A DNA stretch of 64,000 nucleotides from an uncultured delta proteobacterium (GCA_963765675.1 CAVXXK010000003.1:64001-128000); one strand, 5' to 3'. Counted from the stretch's first letter, positions 18,342 to 28,621 are shown. Numbers and translations: made by a program. Notes: generated by a model not told the origin, from the sequence alone.

Positions 18342-18947
18342 GTGAATGTTCTGATCAGACTCGCGACGGCACCGGATTGCGAACAGATCGGAGCGATATA
18401 CGCGCCTTACGTGCGGAACACCGCTATCTCTTTTGAAACTACTCCCCCCAGCGCGGATGAGATGCGCGAGCGGCTTCGCAAGACCATGGAATTCATGCCG
18501 TGGCTCGTATGCGAGTGCGACGGTCAAATTCTCGGCTACGCGTATGCTGACAAGTATCGAGCTCGCGCCGCTTATCAGTGGTCAGCTTCCGTTTCGATCT
18601 ACGTGGATTCATCGGTACATCGAAGTGGTGTGGGACGCGGCCTGTACACTTCGCTGTTGGATATTCTCAAGGCGCAGGGACTCTACAATGCATTTGCGGG
18701 AATCACCCTGCCCGATGTCGGTGGCAGTGTCGGCTTTCATCGCTCGTTTGGTTTTCGACAGATTGGCCTGGAAGAAGCGGTCGGATACAAGCTCGGCGCG
18801 TGGCATCATGTGAGTATCTGGCATTTGCTTCTGCGACCCTGCATCCCGAATCCGCAACCTCCAACATCGATAGGGGATGTGGCCAGAATGGACTCGTGGC
18901 CTGCGTTGATCTCCGCGGGACTGCCGTTTGCAAAATTCCAGTCCTAG
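18342..18947 (+). CDS. GNAT N-acetyltransferase, phosphinothricin/ArsN1-like
   Basis: IYAPYVRNTAISFE, GYAYA..YRARAAYQWS, GVGRGLY, VGYKLGAWH. Confidence 0.9.
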   Translation: MNVLIRLATAPDCEQIGAIYAPYVRNTAISFETTPPSADEMRERLRKTMEFMPWLVCECDGQILGYAYADKYRARAAYQWSASVSIYVDSSVHRSGVGRGLYTSLLDILKAQGLYNAFAGITLPDVGGSVGFHRSFGFRQIGLEEAVGYKLGAWHHVSIWHLLLRPCIPNPQPPTSIGDVARMDSWPALISAGLPFAKFQS

Positions 18948-20507
18948 TTACTCATCGTCGCGGCGAGAACGCTCGCCGGTATCCGGGTTCAGAAATAGAC
19001 GCGGCGTACGATGATGGCCGGTGAAGTCGAACATGTTCGTGAGCGGGCCGGCGATTGCGTCGTAGGATCCTCCGCCGATCCTCCCGGTTGACCAATTGTC
19101 CTCGATAAAACGCAAGATCGAGGTCTGGTCCGTGATTGTATGGTCAACGAAGTTCGACCGCGCGTACGGCGAAATGATCAGCAACGGCAATCGCGGACCG
19201 TAACCGCATCGCGCCTCGGCGTCGCCGAGCGAAGGGTCGCCTGATCCACAGATCCCGCTGCCGCTCAGCGCGTCGATGGGTGACGCCGAGCCGTTGAAGA
19301 TCGGGCTCATCTGATGATCATAGTCGCCGTCGCTGTCGTCGAAGGCGACTATGATCGCCATGTTTTTCCATTGGGGCGTCTTCTCGAGTGCGTTGATTGT
19401 CTGGACCAGGAACACCTGCTCGTCCAGAGGATCCGAAATTCCTCCGGCATGTCCTGTCTGATAGCGCTCCGCCTTGACATAGCTCACCGCGGGCAGGTTA
19501 TCGGCGTGCGCAGCGGTGAGAAGATCGTTGAGGTCGTATTCGTGGTTGGCCGGGCCCGAATACCCGATCTCAGCGACATCAGCGGGCCGGATATGAGCGA
19601 GGTTGCTGGTTTGAGGATAATACTGAAACGGCGTGTATTGGCCGTTGTAATCGAGAATCGTCATGCCACTTACCGGATTGACATGACTGCGCTTGCATCC
19701 TGTGGTGCCGTTGGGGTTGACCGCTTGCAGATTGAAACCGCCCTCGAATGAACCCCAGGTGATTCCTTTTGCATTCAACAGATCACCGAAGTTCGTTCCT
19801 GACATTTGAACTGTCTGGCTGGCGCTGGCGAAGCAGACGTCGCCGGTCGGCTGCGCGTTTGCGATGAGCGTCCCGTCCAGAACGAGCGCCGAGTTGGGCG
19901 GAGTTGATATCGCACCGTTGGCCTGTCCCGAAACCAGGTTGATGTGCCCCGGCAGCGTGCTGCCGAAAGTGGTGTTGTATGAATTGTCGCTCATGGCAAA
20001 CCGCTGCGCGTAATTCCACAACGCGGTCACCGTGTTACCGTCGAAATAGCCCATCACGAATCCGCTGCCATGGCCGTAGTCAGGGCATCCCGCCGGAACC
20101 GGAGTTATCGCAACGAACTTGTCCATCAGGCCCATGTCGAACTGTTGCTGTTCGGCCATATACCCGTTCGCGGCGTCGCAGGTGAAAGCCTGCGAGCGAT
20201 CGTAGCGGAATGGATTAACGCCGTTGGGATTGGAGCTCAGCAACGCCTCGGTCAGTCCGTTCACTGACGGGGTGTCGGGAGCCGCGACGAATTTCGGCTC
20301 GCCTGTAGGATTGGCGGCATTGGGATAGGTGCCGAAGTAATGATCGAAGCTCTCGTTTTCCTGGAAGATAACCACCAGATGCTTGATCGGCGTGGTGGTT
20401 GGGAATCCGTCGGCCTCGTCGGCGGCGGCATACGTCGCCAGGAGGCTCGCCGCCAGTACGAGCGCCAGCGCGATAGCACACGGCAACCTCGGAACAGATC
20501 GATGCAT
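18948..20507 (-). CDS. Secreted phospholipase C/acid phosphatase (phosphoesterase family)
   Basis: Signal peptide; PIKHLVVIFQENESFDHYFGTY, FDDSDGDYDH, GYGPRLPLLIISPY. Confidence 0.92.
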   Translation of the reverse strand: MHRSVPRLPCAIALALVLAASLLATYAAADEADGFPTTTPIKHLVVIFQENESFDHYFGTYPNAANPTGEPKFVAAPDTPSVNGLTEALLSSNPNGVNPFRYDRSQAFTCDAANGYMAEQQQFDMGLMDKFVAITPVPAGCPDYGHGSGFVMGYFDGNTVTALWNYAQRFAMSDNSYNTTFGSTLPGHINLVSGQANGAISTPPNSALVLDGTLIANAQPTGDVCFASASQTVQMSGTNFGDLLNAKGITWGSFEGGFNLQAVNPNGTTGCKRSHVNPVSGMTILDYNGQYTPFQYYPQTSNLAHIRPADVAEIGYSGPANHEYDLNDLLTAAHADNLPAVSYVKAERYQTGHAGGISDPLDEQVFLVQTINALEKTPQWKNMAIIVAFDDSDGDYDHQMSPIFNGSASPIDALSGSGICGSGDPSLGDAEARCGYGPRLPLLIISPYARSNFVDHTITDQTSILRFIEDNWSTGRIGGGSYDAIAGPLTNMFDFTGHHRTPRLFLNPDTGERSRRDDE

Positions 20508-20727
20508 GTGCAGCCCCCCTCTCCGGCGCCTGATGCGCGGTCCCGAACTCATATCAGAGCAGATCTGGCCGACAAAGTGGGTCCTGGAGCCTGGCGCGAT
20601 CGGTTGTGCCGTCGTTTCTTTCGGCGCGAACTCGGGGTAGTAATTTCCGACGATGTGGGTGATCGCGGATCCGATCGGCAGGTGATGGCTGCTGGTTTTC
20701 CGAAGGTCGATCGCGGGGGCTTTTTCG

Positions 20728-21810
20728 ATGAGAAGATTTGCGGGTGGGACAGCGATTGCCGCGATCGTGTTTGCGATGGCGCTCCTTCTCGGCGGCCATT
20801 CGACCGCAGCCGCCGCTTCCCCGCCGCCCATGGCTGCGGAGACGGCTAACCCGCTGCTCAATCCGCCGGTCAGCGACGGCTATCGGCTGCAAGTCGCGAT
20901 CGCGCTGCGCGTGATCAATATTGCCGGCATCGACGAGGTGGCGCAGCACTTCAATGTGGTCGGCTACCTTGTCGCGCGCTGGAAAGATCCGCGCCTTGCG
21001 TTCACGCCGCGCGCGCCGTGGGAGAAATTCCGGACCTATGCACCCGACCAGCTCTGGTGCCCGCATTTCGATTTCGTTAATGGCGTCGTGCCGCACTCGG
21101 CCTATGATGTCACGATTCGCGTGTTTCCCGACGGCACGGTCAGGTACTCCGAGCGCTCAAGCGCAGAGCTGTCGAACACTTTTCGCCTGCGCACGTTTCC
21201 TTTCGATCGGCAAACACTGGAGATACTGATCCATCCGAGCGTCGCAGAAGATCAAACCGTCGAACTAACGCCCGAGCATGGTGCCGAGGCGATAAGCGCT
21301 GAGCCTCGGGTGTACCAGTCGCTGGCACAGTGGACGATCACTGGAACAAATGCGGCGGTCGACCAGGTCCCGGGGTTGAGCGGCGAGTCGATCAGCGAAA
21401 TTCGTTTCACGGTGACAATCGCGCGCCGTTTCAACTTCTACATCTGGAAGGTGTTCCTGCCGCTGTTGCTGATGGTGATGCTGTCGTGGACGGTCTTCTG
21501 GATCGATCCGACCGAATTAAGCAGCCAGGTGCAGATCTCGGTAACGACGATTCTCACGGTGATCGCGTTCGCGTTCGCGATCCAGGCGAACCTGCCCAAA
21601 GTGCCCTACTTAACCTTCATCGATGTCTTCTTCCTGATCAGTTACCTGTTCGTGTTCGCGACCGCTATCGAGATTACCGCGGTTCACTTTGCGGGCCGCA
21701 CCGCAGGGAAGATTGCGCGCGCGCGAAAGATAAACAGCGCCAGTAGAATACTGCTCCCGGCGGCCTTCGCCGTGGTCAACCTCATCATGGCGCTGATTTA
21801 TTTCGGGTAA
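20728..21810 (+). CDS. Pentameric ligand-gated ion channel, GLIC/ELIC-like
   Basis: Signal peptide; WKDPRL, W.P.F.FVN, FPFDRQ Pro-loop; four TM helices with LPKVPYLT M2-M3 loop. Confidence 0.92.
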   Translation: MRRFAGGTAIAAIVFAMALLLGGHSTAAAASPPPMAAETANPLLNPPVSDGYRLQVAIALRVINIAGIDEVAQHFNVVGYLVARWKDPRLAFTPRAPWEKFRTYAPDQLWCPHFDFVNGVVPHSAYDVTIRVFPDGTVRYSERSSAELSNTFRLRTFPFDRQTLEILIHPSVAEDQTVELTPEHGAEAISAEPRVYQSLAQWTITGTNAAVDQVPGLSGESISEIRFTVTIARRFNFYIWKVFLPLLLMVMLSWTVFWIDPTELSSQVQISVTTILTVIAFAFAIQANLPKVPYLTFIDVFFLISYLFVFATAIEITAVHFAGRTAGKIARARKINSASRILLPAAFAVVNLIMALIYFG

Positions 21811-21933
21811 CCGCGATGTCTGGCCCCGCGACGGCGGCCATAGCTATTTGATATTCATCTCTATCGATAGCGCGATAAGGCGAAACATGGGAATTGATTC
21901 TGTAACGGAGAACATCCGTTGAAGGAGTGAATC

Positions 21934-22308
21934 ATGGCTAATGAGCTCGAAAACAAAGGCAAGGAAGTCCGCACCCGATTGTGGGGAGAGCAAGGGTTCA
22001 AGAGCGGAGATGAGTTCCTGAAAAAATTCGATCAGGGCTTCGCGAAGTTCCTGAACGAGCAGCTCTTCGGCGAAATCTGGAACCGTCCCGGACTACCCAC
22101 CAAGGCGCGATCGATGATCACGGTCGCGGTGCTGATGGCTCTGGGACGCGGGCAGGAACTGCGGTTGCACATGCGCGGCGCGCTGAACTTGGGCATCACG
22201 CCGGAGGAACTCAAGGAGATTATCGTTCACGTCTCGCAATACAGCGGCGTCCCGACCGCGATCGAGGGAATCCGCGCGTTCACCGAGGTAACGACTCCGG
22301 CAAAATAG
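21934..22308 (+). CDS. Carboxymuconolactone decarboxylase family protein
   Basis: FGEIWNRPGL..RSMITVA...ELRLHMRGALNLG...YSGVP; AAGGAG RBS. Confidence 0.9.
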   Translation: MANELENKGKEVRTRLWGEQGFKSGDEFLKKFDQGFAKFLNEQLFGEIWNRPGLPTKARSMITVAVLMALGRGQELRLHMRGALNLGITPEELKEIIVHVSQYSGVPTAIEGIRAFTEVTTPAK

Positions 22309-22336
22309 AGATCCGAAACAGCCGGCGCGCCTATAC

Positions 22337-22816
22337 TCAGGGCATCGAGGGCATCGAAGGCATACTGCTCGCGCCGGGAACCTTCGAGGTCAGACCGCCG
22401 GTTGCATTGCTCACAGCGCACGAGGCGAGGATGTCGGTGGCATGCGCCGCGACATAGCTTTGCAGCATCGTGGTCGCGCTCGAGAGTGGAAGGCTCGTGC
22501 TGCCCGCAAACGTGGTCGCCGCGGTGGACATGACCGCCGGGCTGCTGAGCACGGACGGGTCTGCGCTGGCGGCATTCGGCACCTGGCTGCTGACCGCCGA
22601 GCATAGCGCACTGTTCGCCGCCGACTGTTGGCTGCCGGTGAGCGTGGCGGCAGCCTGCTGCGCGGACTGCGCCATCGAGCTGGCGCTGTCCTGCGCGCGC
22701 ACGGCGGCAGGACACGCGCTCAAAAACGTGAGCATCGCGACGACAGCAACAAAAAGCACCGATTCCCGCGACCCGCGCGAGACGGACCATCGAGATGTAA
22801 ACGATTGAGAAGTCAT
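22337..22816 (-). CDS. Secreted Ser/Ala-rich hypothetical protein
   Basis: Signal-like segment ending VRA, two Cys in the mature part, C-terminal (SMP)3; start uncertain. Confidence 0.65.
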   Translation of the reverse strand: MTSQSFTSRWSVSRGSRESVLFVAVVAMLTFLSACPAAVRAQDSASSMAQSAQQAAATLTGSQQSAANSALCSAVSSQVPNAASADPSVLSSPAVMSTAATTFAGSTSLPLSSATTMLQSYVAAHATDILASCAVSNATGGLTSKVPGASSMPSMPSMP

Positions 22817-23197
22817 CGTAATGTTCCTCCCTGCCTGCATTGCTGGTTCAGTGAGAAGCTTGCGATTTCGGTTAGTAAATTCAGACTCTCACCGGACCTC
22901 GCGAAGCGCAATCGAGAAAGATATTGCCGAACCCCAGGCTTCAGGTAGATTCGGCGGCGACCCGCTTAAGGTGACGATCGCGGGCCAGTCGCAGGCGCGA
23001 TCAGCGCGGGATTGCATATGGTGTCGCCGGGCGCCGCTGGATTGTTCCAGCGCGCAATTCTCGAAAGCGGACCATTCCCTCACGTGCAGACACTCGCCGA
23101 AGCGGAGGTCCGCGGCAAAGAGCTCGCGACCAGGTTCGCGCGGTACCGAGTAGTGAAGCTGAAGGCAATCGTGTAGGAGTTCCGGTTGGAATCGATC

Positions 23198-25795
23198 ATG
23201 AGCGCGATCGTCAAGCCAACGGCCAACGGCACGGAAGCATCGATCCTTAGCAACTGCTCGGGTCTTTCGGAGGCAGAAGCTGCGGCCCGGCTGAAACGCG
23301 ACGGTTATAACGAGCTGACATACCGGCGTCGTCGTACGCTGGGACGAATCGCGCTCGAGGTCGCGAGCGAGCCTATGTTCGGATTGCTGCTCGCGGCGGC
23401 ACTTATTTATCTGATTCTCGGGGAAGCCGTCGAAGCGCTGATTCTTGCGGGCTCGGCCGGCGTCACAATCGTGATCGCGGTTATCCAGGAGAGTCGCACG
23501 GAGGGCGTTCTCGAATCGCTCAGGGATTTAGCGAGTCCGCGTGCCCTCGTCATTCGCGATCGACGCATGCGAAGGATTCCCGGCCGCGAGGTGGTCTGCA
23601 GCGACATCATCGCACTGATTCAAGGTGATCGCGTCCCCGCCGATGCGAGATTGCTATCGGCGAACGACCTCATGGTCGACGAGTCGCTTCTTACCGGCGA
23701 ATCGGTACCGGTATTAAAGGTCGCGCCTGCCGGACCGACGGCTCGTCCAGACGCGAGCGGCGACAATCTGGCTTTCATCTTTTCGGGCAGCATGATTGTG
23801 GCAGGCCATGCAATCGCTGAAGTCATCGCGACTGGCGCATCAACCGAGATCGGGAGGCTCGGAAAAGCGATTGCCACGATTGACGACGAACCATCGCCCC
23901 TGCGTGCAGAGACTCAACGCATGGTGCGGACGCTTGCCGCGCTCGGGTTGATTCTCAGCGGTCTGACAATCCTCCTGTTCGGTCTGAAGCGCGGGTCGTG
24001 GCTCGACGCTGTCCTTTCCGGCATCACGCTTGCCATGTCGATTTTGCCCGAGGAATTCCCATTGGTGCTCACGATTTTTCTCGTCATGGGCGCGTGGCGA
24101 ATCTCGAAGGCACGGGTGCTCACGCGGCGCTCAGCGGCGATCGAAACGCTCGGCGCGGCAACGGTCCTGTGCACCGACAAGACCGGCACACTCACGATGA
24201 ACGAGATGTCGATCGCGGAGCTGCTGGTCGGCGGTTCGGGATTCGTCGTCGGGATCGATGCTGAGACTCTGCCGGCGGAGTTCTGTGAAGTCGTGGAAAT
24301 TGGCGCGCTCGCCAGTGCCGAGGAGCCGATCGATCCTATGGATAAGGCATTTCATGCGCTACTGCGCCGCGTGGGGAAGTTGGACAAGTTACAACGCTGG
24401 TCGCTGGTGCGTGAATACGGCTTAACTCCAACGCTCCTTGCAGTGTCGCATGTATGGAAGGCGCCGGAACACGAAGGATACCTCGTTGCAGCAAAGGGCG
24501 CACCCGAAGCGATAGCCGATCTCTGTGGTCTCGATGAACGAGCAAAGTCCGGGATGCGCCGTCAGATAGATGATATGGCGAGACGCGGTATGCGCATCCT
24601 GGGAGTCGCGCAGGCCACATTTAAGGGATCCTCGTTGCCCGCAGACCAAACGGGCTTTTCGTTCGGGTTCGTTGGGCTGGCTGGTCTCGCCGATCCCATT
24701 AGAGCGACCGTGCCCGAAGCGGTGCGGAACTGCCGTCGCGCCGGAATCCGCGTGGTCATGATCACCGGAGATTACCCTGCGACGGCTAAGGCAATTGCCG
24801 CGCAGGCGGGACTTGATTATTCGAGTGAAGCGGTGACTGGCGATGCGCTGGCCGCGATGGACGATGCGGCGCTGCGCGATTGTGTGCGCGATGCCTCGGT
24901 TTTTGCGCGCATTTCCCCGCAGCAGAAACTTCGCATCGTGAACGCTCTCAAGGCGAACGGTGAAGTGGTGGCGATGACCGGAGACGGCGTCAACGATGCG
25001 CCATCGCTCAAGGCTGCGCACATAGGAATCGCGATGGGGGGACGCGGTACAGATACCGCACGCGAGGCCGCGTCGTTGATTCTCCTGGATGACGATTTCG
25101 GTTCGATCGTCGCGGCGATCAGGCTCGGACGGCGCATCTACGACAATCTGCGCAAGGCGATGAGCTACCTGCTGTCTGTGCATGTGCCCATCGCAGGTCT
25201 GACGATTTTGCCGCTGCTGTTCGATTGGCCGATCGTCTTCTGGCCGGTGCACATAGCGTTTCTGGAATTGATCATCGACCCAGTCTCGTCGATTGTCTTC
25301 GAAGCGGAGAAGGAGGAAGCCGATGTCATGCGACGATCACCGCGAGCCCCGACCGCTCGCCTCTTTTCCTTCGCGACGGTCGCACGCAGCTTGATCGAAG
25401 GTGCCTGGGTGTTCGGTATTTGCACTTCTATCTTCATCTTCGCAATCTGGAGCCGCATCAGCGATGCGGAGGTTCGCTCGCTTACATTCGCGTCTGTTGT
25501 AGCGGGTAACCTTGGTCTGGTGCTTGTTAATCGATCACTTCGGACTTCGATCGCTTCCAGCGTGACCAAAGGAAATCTCACGCTCTGGTTGATACTCGTA
25601 ACGACAATTGTTCTGCTTGCTATCTCCATAGCATTCGCGCCTGTGCGCCAGTTGTTCCGATTTGGACCGATGCATACGGACGATCTCACGCTGGTACTCG
25701 TCAGCGCAGTCGCGACGGTCCTGGTTCTGAAGGCTATGCGAAAGCTATTTCCTAATGAGGTAGTGGGAGGAATCGAGCCTCCGACGCCGAGCTAG
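23198..25795 (+). CDS. Cation-transporting P-type ATPase (type II-like)
   Basis: TGES, PEEFP, DKTGTLT, KGAPE, MITGD, TGDGVNDAP. Confidence 0.95.
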   Translation: MSAIVKPTANGTEASILSNCSGLSEAEAAARLKRDGYNELTYRRRRTLGRIALEVASEPMFGLLLAAALIYLILGEAVEALILAGSAGVTIVIAVIQESRTEGVLESLRDLASPRALVIRDRRMRRIPGREVVCSDIIALIQGDRVPADARLLSANDLMVDESLLTGESVPVLKVAPAGPTARPDASGDNLAFIFSGSMIVAGHAIAEVIATGASTEIGRLGKAIATIDDEPSPLRAETQRMVRTLAALGLILSGLTILLFGLKRGSWLDAVLSGITLAMSILPEEFPLVLTIFLVMGAWRISKARVLTRRSAAIETLGAATVLCTDKTGTLTMNEMSIAELLVGGSGFVVGIDAETLPAEFCEVVEIGALASAEEPIDPMDKAFHALLRRVGKLDKLQRWSLVREYGLTPTLLAVSHVWKAPEHEGYLVAAKGAPEAIADLCGLDERAKSGMRRQIDDMARRGMRILGVAQATFKGSSLPADQTGFSFGFVGLAGLADPIRATVPEAVRNCRRAGIRVVMITGDYPATAKAIAAQAGLDYSSEAVTGDALAAMDDAALRDCVRDASVFARISPQQKLRIVNALKANGEVVAMTGDGVNDAPSLKAAHIGIAMGGRGTDTAREAASLILLDDDFGSIVAAIRLGRRIYDNLRKAMSYLLSVHVPIAGLTILPLLFDWPIVFWPVHIAFLELIIDPVSSIVFEAEKEEADVMRRSPRAPTARLFSFATVARSLIEGAWVFGICTSIFIFAIWSRISDAEVRSLTFASVVAGNLGLVLVNRSLRTSIASSVTKGNLTLWLILVTTIVLLAISIAFAPVRQLFRFGPMHTDDLTLVLVSAVATVLVLKAMRKLFPNEVVGGIEPPTPS

Positions 25796-26264
25796 CTCAC
25801 GCTGATAGCCCTAGCGAGTCTCACGGCACAAGAACTGTGTGAAATCAGATAAAGCTTACGGCTTTATCGCCAGAAATAATGCGCAGCAAATTCCGCCGCG
25901 ATCTCAGCAGTTTTCGCGGCCAGCCCAAGATCGATCAGGTGTTCTTCACATTATGCTTTGCTGCTGATACTGAAATAACGACGAGCTCGCCATTACTTGA
26001 GCCATCCCGCGATATAGGCGGCATCTCCCCGATGGAAGCGCTGTCGCGCAGATAATGCAAATATTCTCTCGCTGGCTCCAGGAGCAATCGGAGATGAATC
26101 AGACTTCGCAAAGATTCATCACTGCGACCCGTGGGACTCGATCCAGTTCTGATTTCGGCTAGCACATCTCCCGCTGCCCGACCGCAAGTTCCAAGGGCTC
26201 AGTTGAAAAAAGTCCAGCCACGCATTTTTCAGGCGATTTGTGACGGTTCGCAGCATGGGATTGC

Positions 26265-26843
26265 CTAGCTGGACTCGTCTTTCAATGATCGCAGCGAATT
26301 GATTTCCCGCTGCCATTGTCCGGCCAGCACCTTTCCGTAGATGACCACCGCTATGTAAATGAATAGAAACACGCCGGTCATGACAGCGGGAAATGCCCAG
26401 CTCGGATCGCGAGAACCGGCTGCCAGTCCGACGACAACAAGCACGAAGCCGGGAATTGCAAGGCCGATGCCCCACGGCCAGGAAAGGGCGATGTCGCGCT
26501 GCCGCTCGAGCTGCCGTTGATGATAGGCCGCGCAGGTCTGCGCGCTGGAACTCGCCGGGGCCGTGACCGTCGAGCCGAATCGATGCAACCCGTACATCGA
26601 GAACAAGGCCCAAATGACCATCAGCGCAGAACCGACACGCACCAGCGCGCCGTCAAGCAGAATGCCGTAGGCGAAAAGGGCGGCGGTCAACGCAAAGCTG
26701 ACATGGTCTCGCAGGTTTCGGCGACGAATCGCCGACTCGAATCGCGCGGCTCGCGTGCGGAGCTGGTCCGGCGTCATCTGCAGGGCAGTGACGGCTTGAC
26801 CTCTCCAGATCGCGCGAAGTTTTTCTTCATCACGAATGGGCAT
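26265..26843 (-). CDS. Membrane protein, probable anti-sigma factor
   Basis: Directly downstream of ECF sigma; N-terminal 'LRAIW' helix and four TM helices. Confidence 0.7.
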   Translation of the reverse strand: MPIRDEEKLRAIWRGQAVTALQMTPDQLRTRAARFESAIRRRNLRDHVSFALTAALFAYGILLDGALVRVGSALMVIWALFSMYGLHRFGSTVTAPASSSAQTCAAYHQRQLERQRDIALSWPWGIGLAIPGFVLVVVGLAAGSRDPSWAFPAVMTGVFLFIYIAVVIYGKVLAGQWQREINSLRSLKDESS

Positions 26844-26856
26844 GACAATCTCCAGC

Positions 26857-27414
26857 TCAGAAATAGCGTTGCAGAACCTTCTTGGTCCGATGAATCTTCT
26901 GGGCGATGTTGGCCGGCGACAGGCCCGTCACCTCGCCGATAGCCGCGGCGTCGGCGCCTTCCAGATAGAGCAGCATCACGTCCCGGTCCAAGGGTTTGAG
27001 CCGCTGGATGATCGCGCGCAGCCTGCCAAGCACGGTTGATTCGTCTAACGCACGCTCGGTATCGGACTCGCCGGGCAGATCCTCCAGCTCTTCCAGACTG
27101 ACCAGGCGCGAAAGCCGGAAACGCTTCTGTCGCCGCGCGTAGGTCGACGCGGTGTTATGAGCTACTCGATAGACCCAGGTGCGAAGCGAGCACTGATTGC
27201 GAAATCCTGCGAAACTGCGCCACAACGCAAGATGAATTTCCTGCAGAAGATCCTGCTGCTGGGCGCGATCGAACTCATAGGCTGCCGCCATTCGGGCCAG
27301 CGAACGGCCGAACTCCGCGCCAGCCTTGAGGTACCAGAACTCCGCGTCCTGCCTCTCGTCCGAGGCTTTTTCCGCGCTGATACCCTTCCCGAGCGATGGC
27401 GCCCGATAGTGCAT
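26857..27414 (-). CDS. ECF RNA polymerase sigma factor
   Basis: QDLLQEIHLALWRS, LRTWVYRVAHN (region 2); LYLEG..AAAIGEVTGLS (region 4). Confidence 0.93.
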   Translation of the reverse strand: MHYRAPSLGKGISAEKASDERQDAEFWYLKAGAEFGRSLARMAAAYEFDRAQQQDLLQEIHLALWRSFAGFRNQCSLRTWVYRVAHNTASTYARRQKRFRLSRLVSLEELEDLPGESDTERALDESTVLGRLRAIIQRLKPLDRDVMLLYLEGADAAAIGEVTGLSPANIAQKIHRTKKVLQRYF

Positions 27415-27673
27415 ACCCAAGATAGTCGCCGGCGCGTGGATGTTCTGACAAACCGGAGTCCGAAGAACGATCGGAGCGACAGAAAAAATGTTGGGTCAAC
27501 CGGCTACAACGCGAATTCGTTGCACGACCCATTGTGCGCTATCACCGTCCCGTTGCGATTCTCAAGTCCGGCAAGCAGAACCTTGATGCGCGTGCACGTG
27601 CGATTTCCTAGGATGGACTATCGCGCCGGATCACGGAGCATGTTCGTAACGAGTCAATCGCCTGACGGCGTGC

Positions 27674-28507
27674 TTATTTCGCCTCGACGACCGTCGTTGG
27701 CTTGACGAACTTCAGGGTCATGCGGTCGCTCTCGCCGATTGCGAGATACTTGTCGCGATCGGTTGCTCCCTGGCGCAGGGTTGGCGGCAGATTCCAGACC
27801 GGATGGTTTCGATCGTCCTTGGGATTCGCGTTGATCTCCGAGGTGCCCATCAGCTTGAAACCGGCCTGCTCCGCTAATTTGATCACATAGTCCTGGCGCA
27901 TGTAGCCGTTCTTCGCCTTCGGATCCTGCGGCTGCGTTGGATCGGCGCGATGGTCGGTTACTCCCAGGACCCCGCCAGGTTTCAGCGCATGATAGAAAGC
28001 CTTGAAATAATCTTCCGCGGTGCCGTGCGCGAGCCAATCGTGAACGTTGCGAAACGTCAGGACCATATCGGCCGAGCCTGCGGGCGCGATCGCGGTTTCG
28101 GCCGGAGGATCGAGCCTTGTCACGATGACGTGGCCGTAGAGCGCCGGATCGGATTTGAGCTTGTCCTCGAACGCCTTCGCGCCGCGTCCGCTCCCGACCG
28201 CTTCGTATAGCTTTCCGTGATCCTTGAGAAATGGCGCGAGGATTTCCGTGTACCATCCCTGCCCCGGTGAGATCTCGACCACCGTCATGTCGGGTTTGAT
28301 TCCAAAAAAGGTCAGCGTCTCGAGCGGGTGGCGATATTTGTCTCGCGCTTTGTTCGCGTCGGAGCGCTGCGGTCCGTCGATCGCCGCTTTGAGACCGGGA
28401 ATTGCGGCCGAATCGTTCTGTGCAGCCGTCGCCGAAAAAATCGGCCAGAGCGCGACCATCGTCAGGGTAAGCAGGACAAGCAGTGGGAATTTGATTCGAT
28501 GATTCAC
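27674..28507 (-). CDS. Exported SAM-dependent methyltransferase-like protein (COG4798-like)
   Basis: Signal peptide; RDKYRHPLETLTFFGI, VVEISPGQGWYT, FRNVHDW, LKPGGVLGVTDHR, IGESDRMTLKF. Confidence 0.88.
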   Translation of the reverse strand: MNHRIKFPLLVLLTLTMVALWPIFSATAAQNDSAAIPGLKAAIDGPQRSDANKARDKYRHPLETLTFFGIKPDMTVVEISPGQGWYTEILAPFLKDHGKLYEAVGSGRGAKAFEDKLKSDPALYGHVIVTRLDPPAETAIAPAGSADMVLTFRNVHDWLAHGTAEDYFKAFYHALKPGGVLGVTDHRADPTQPQDPKAKNGYMRQDYVIKLAEQAGFKLMGTSEINANPKDDRNHPVWNLPPTLRQGATDRDKYLAIGESDRMTLKFVKPTTVVEAK

Positions 28508-28621
28508 TCGGATGGACCTCTTCTGGTTATGGCGAAATGCGGTCGCGAAATGCATGATGCTTTCTGCTCCGCGCGCATCAATTCTATTCCGTGCTCACGC
28601 TGCGGGCGAGAGTGAGGAGCC

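Noticed and set aside
20507-20861. N-terminal extension of the phosphoesterase to 637 aa, overlapping the channel gene
   Set aside because: The RBS and signal peptide begin at 20507; the extension is non-homologous read-through. The same reasoning trimmed several other ORF-track starts.
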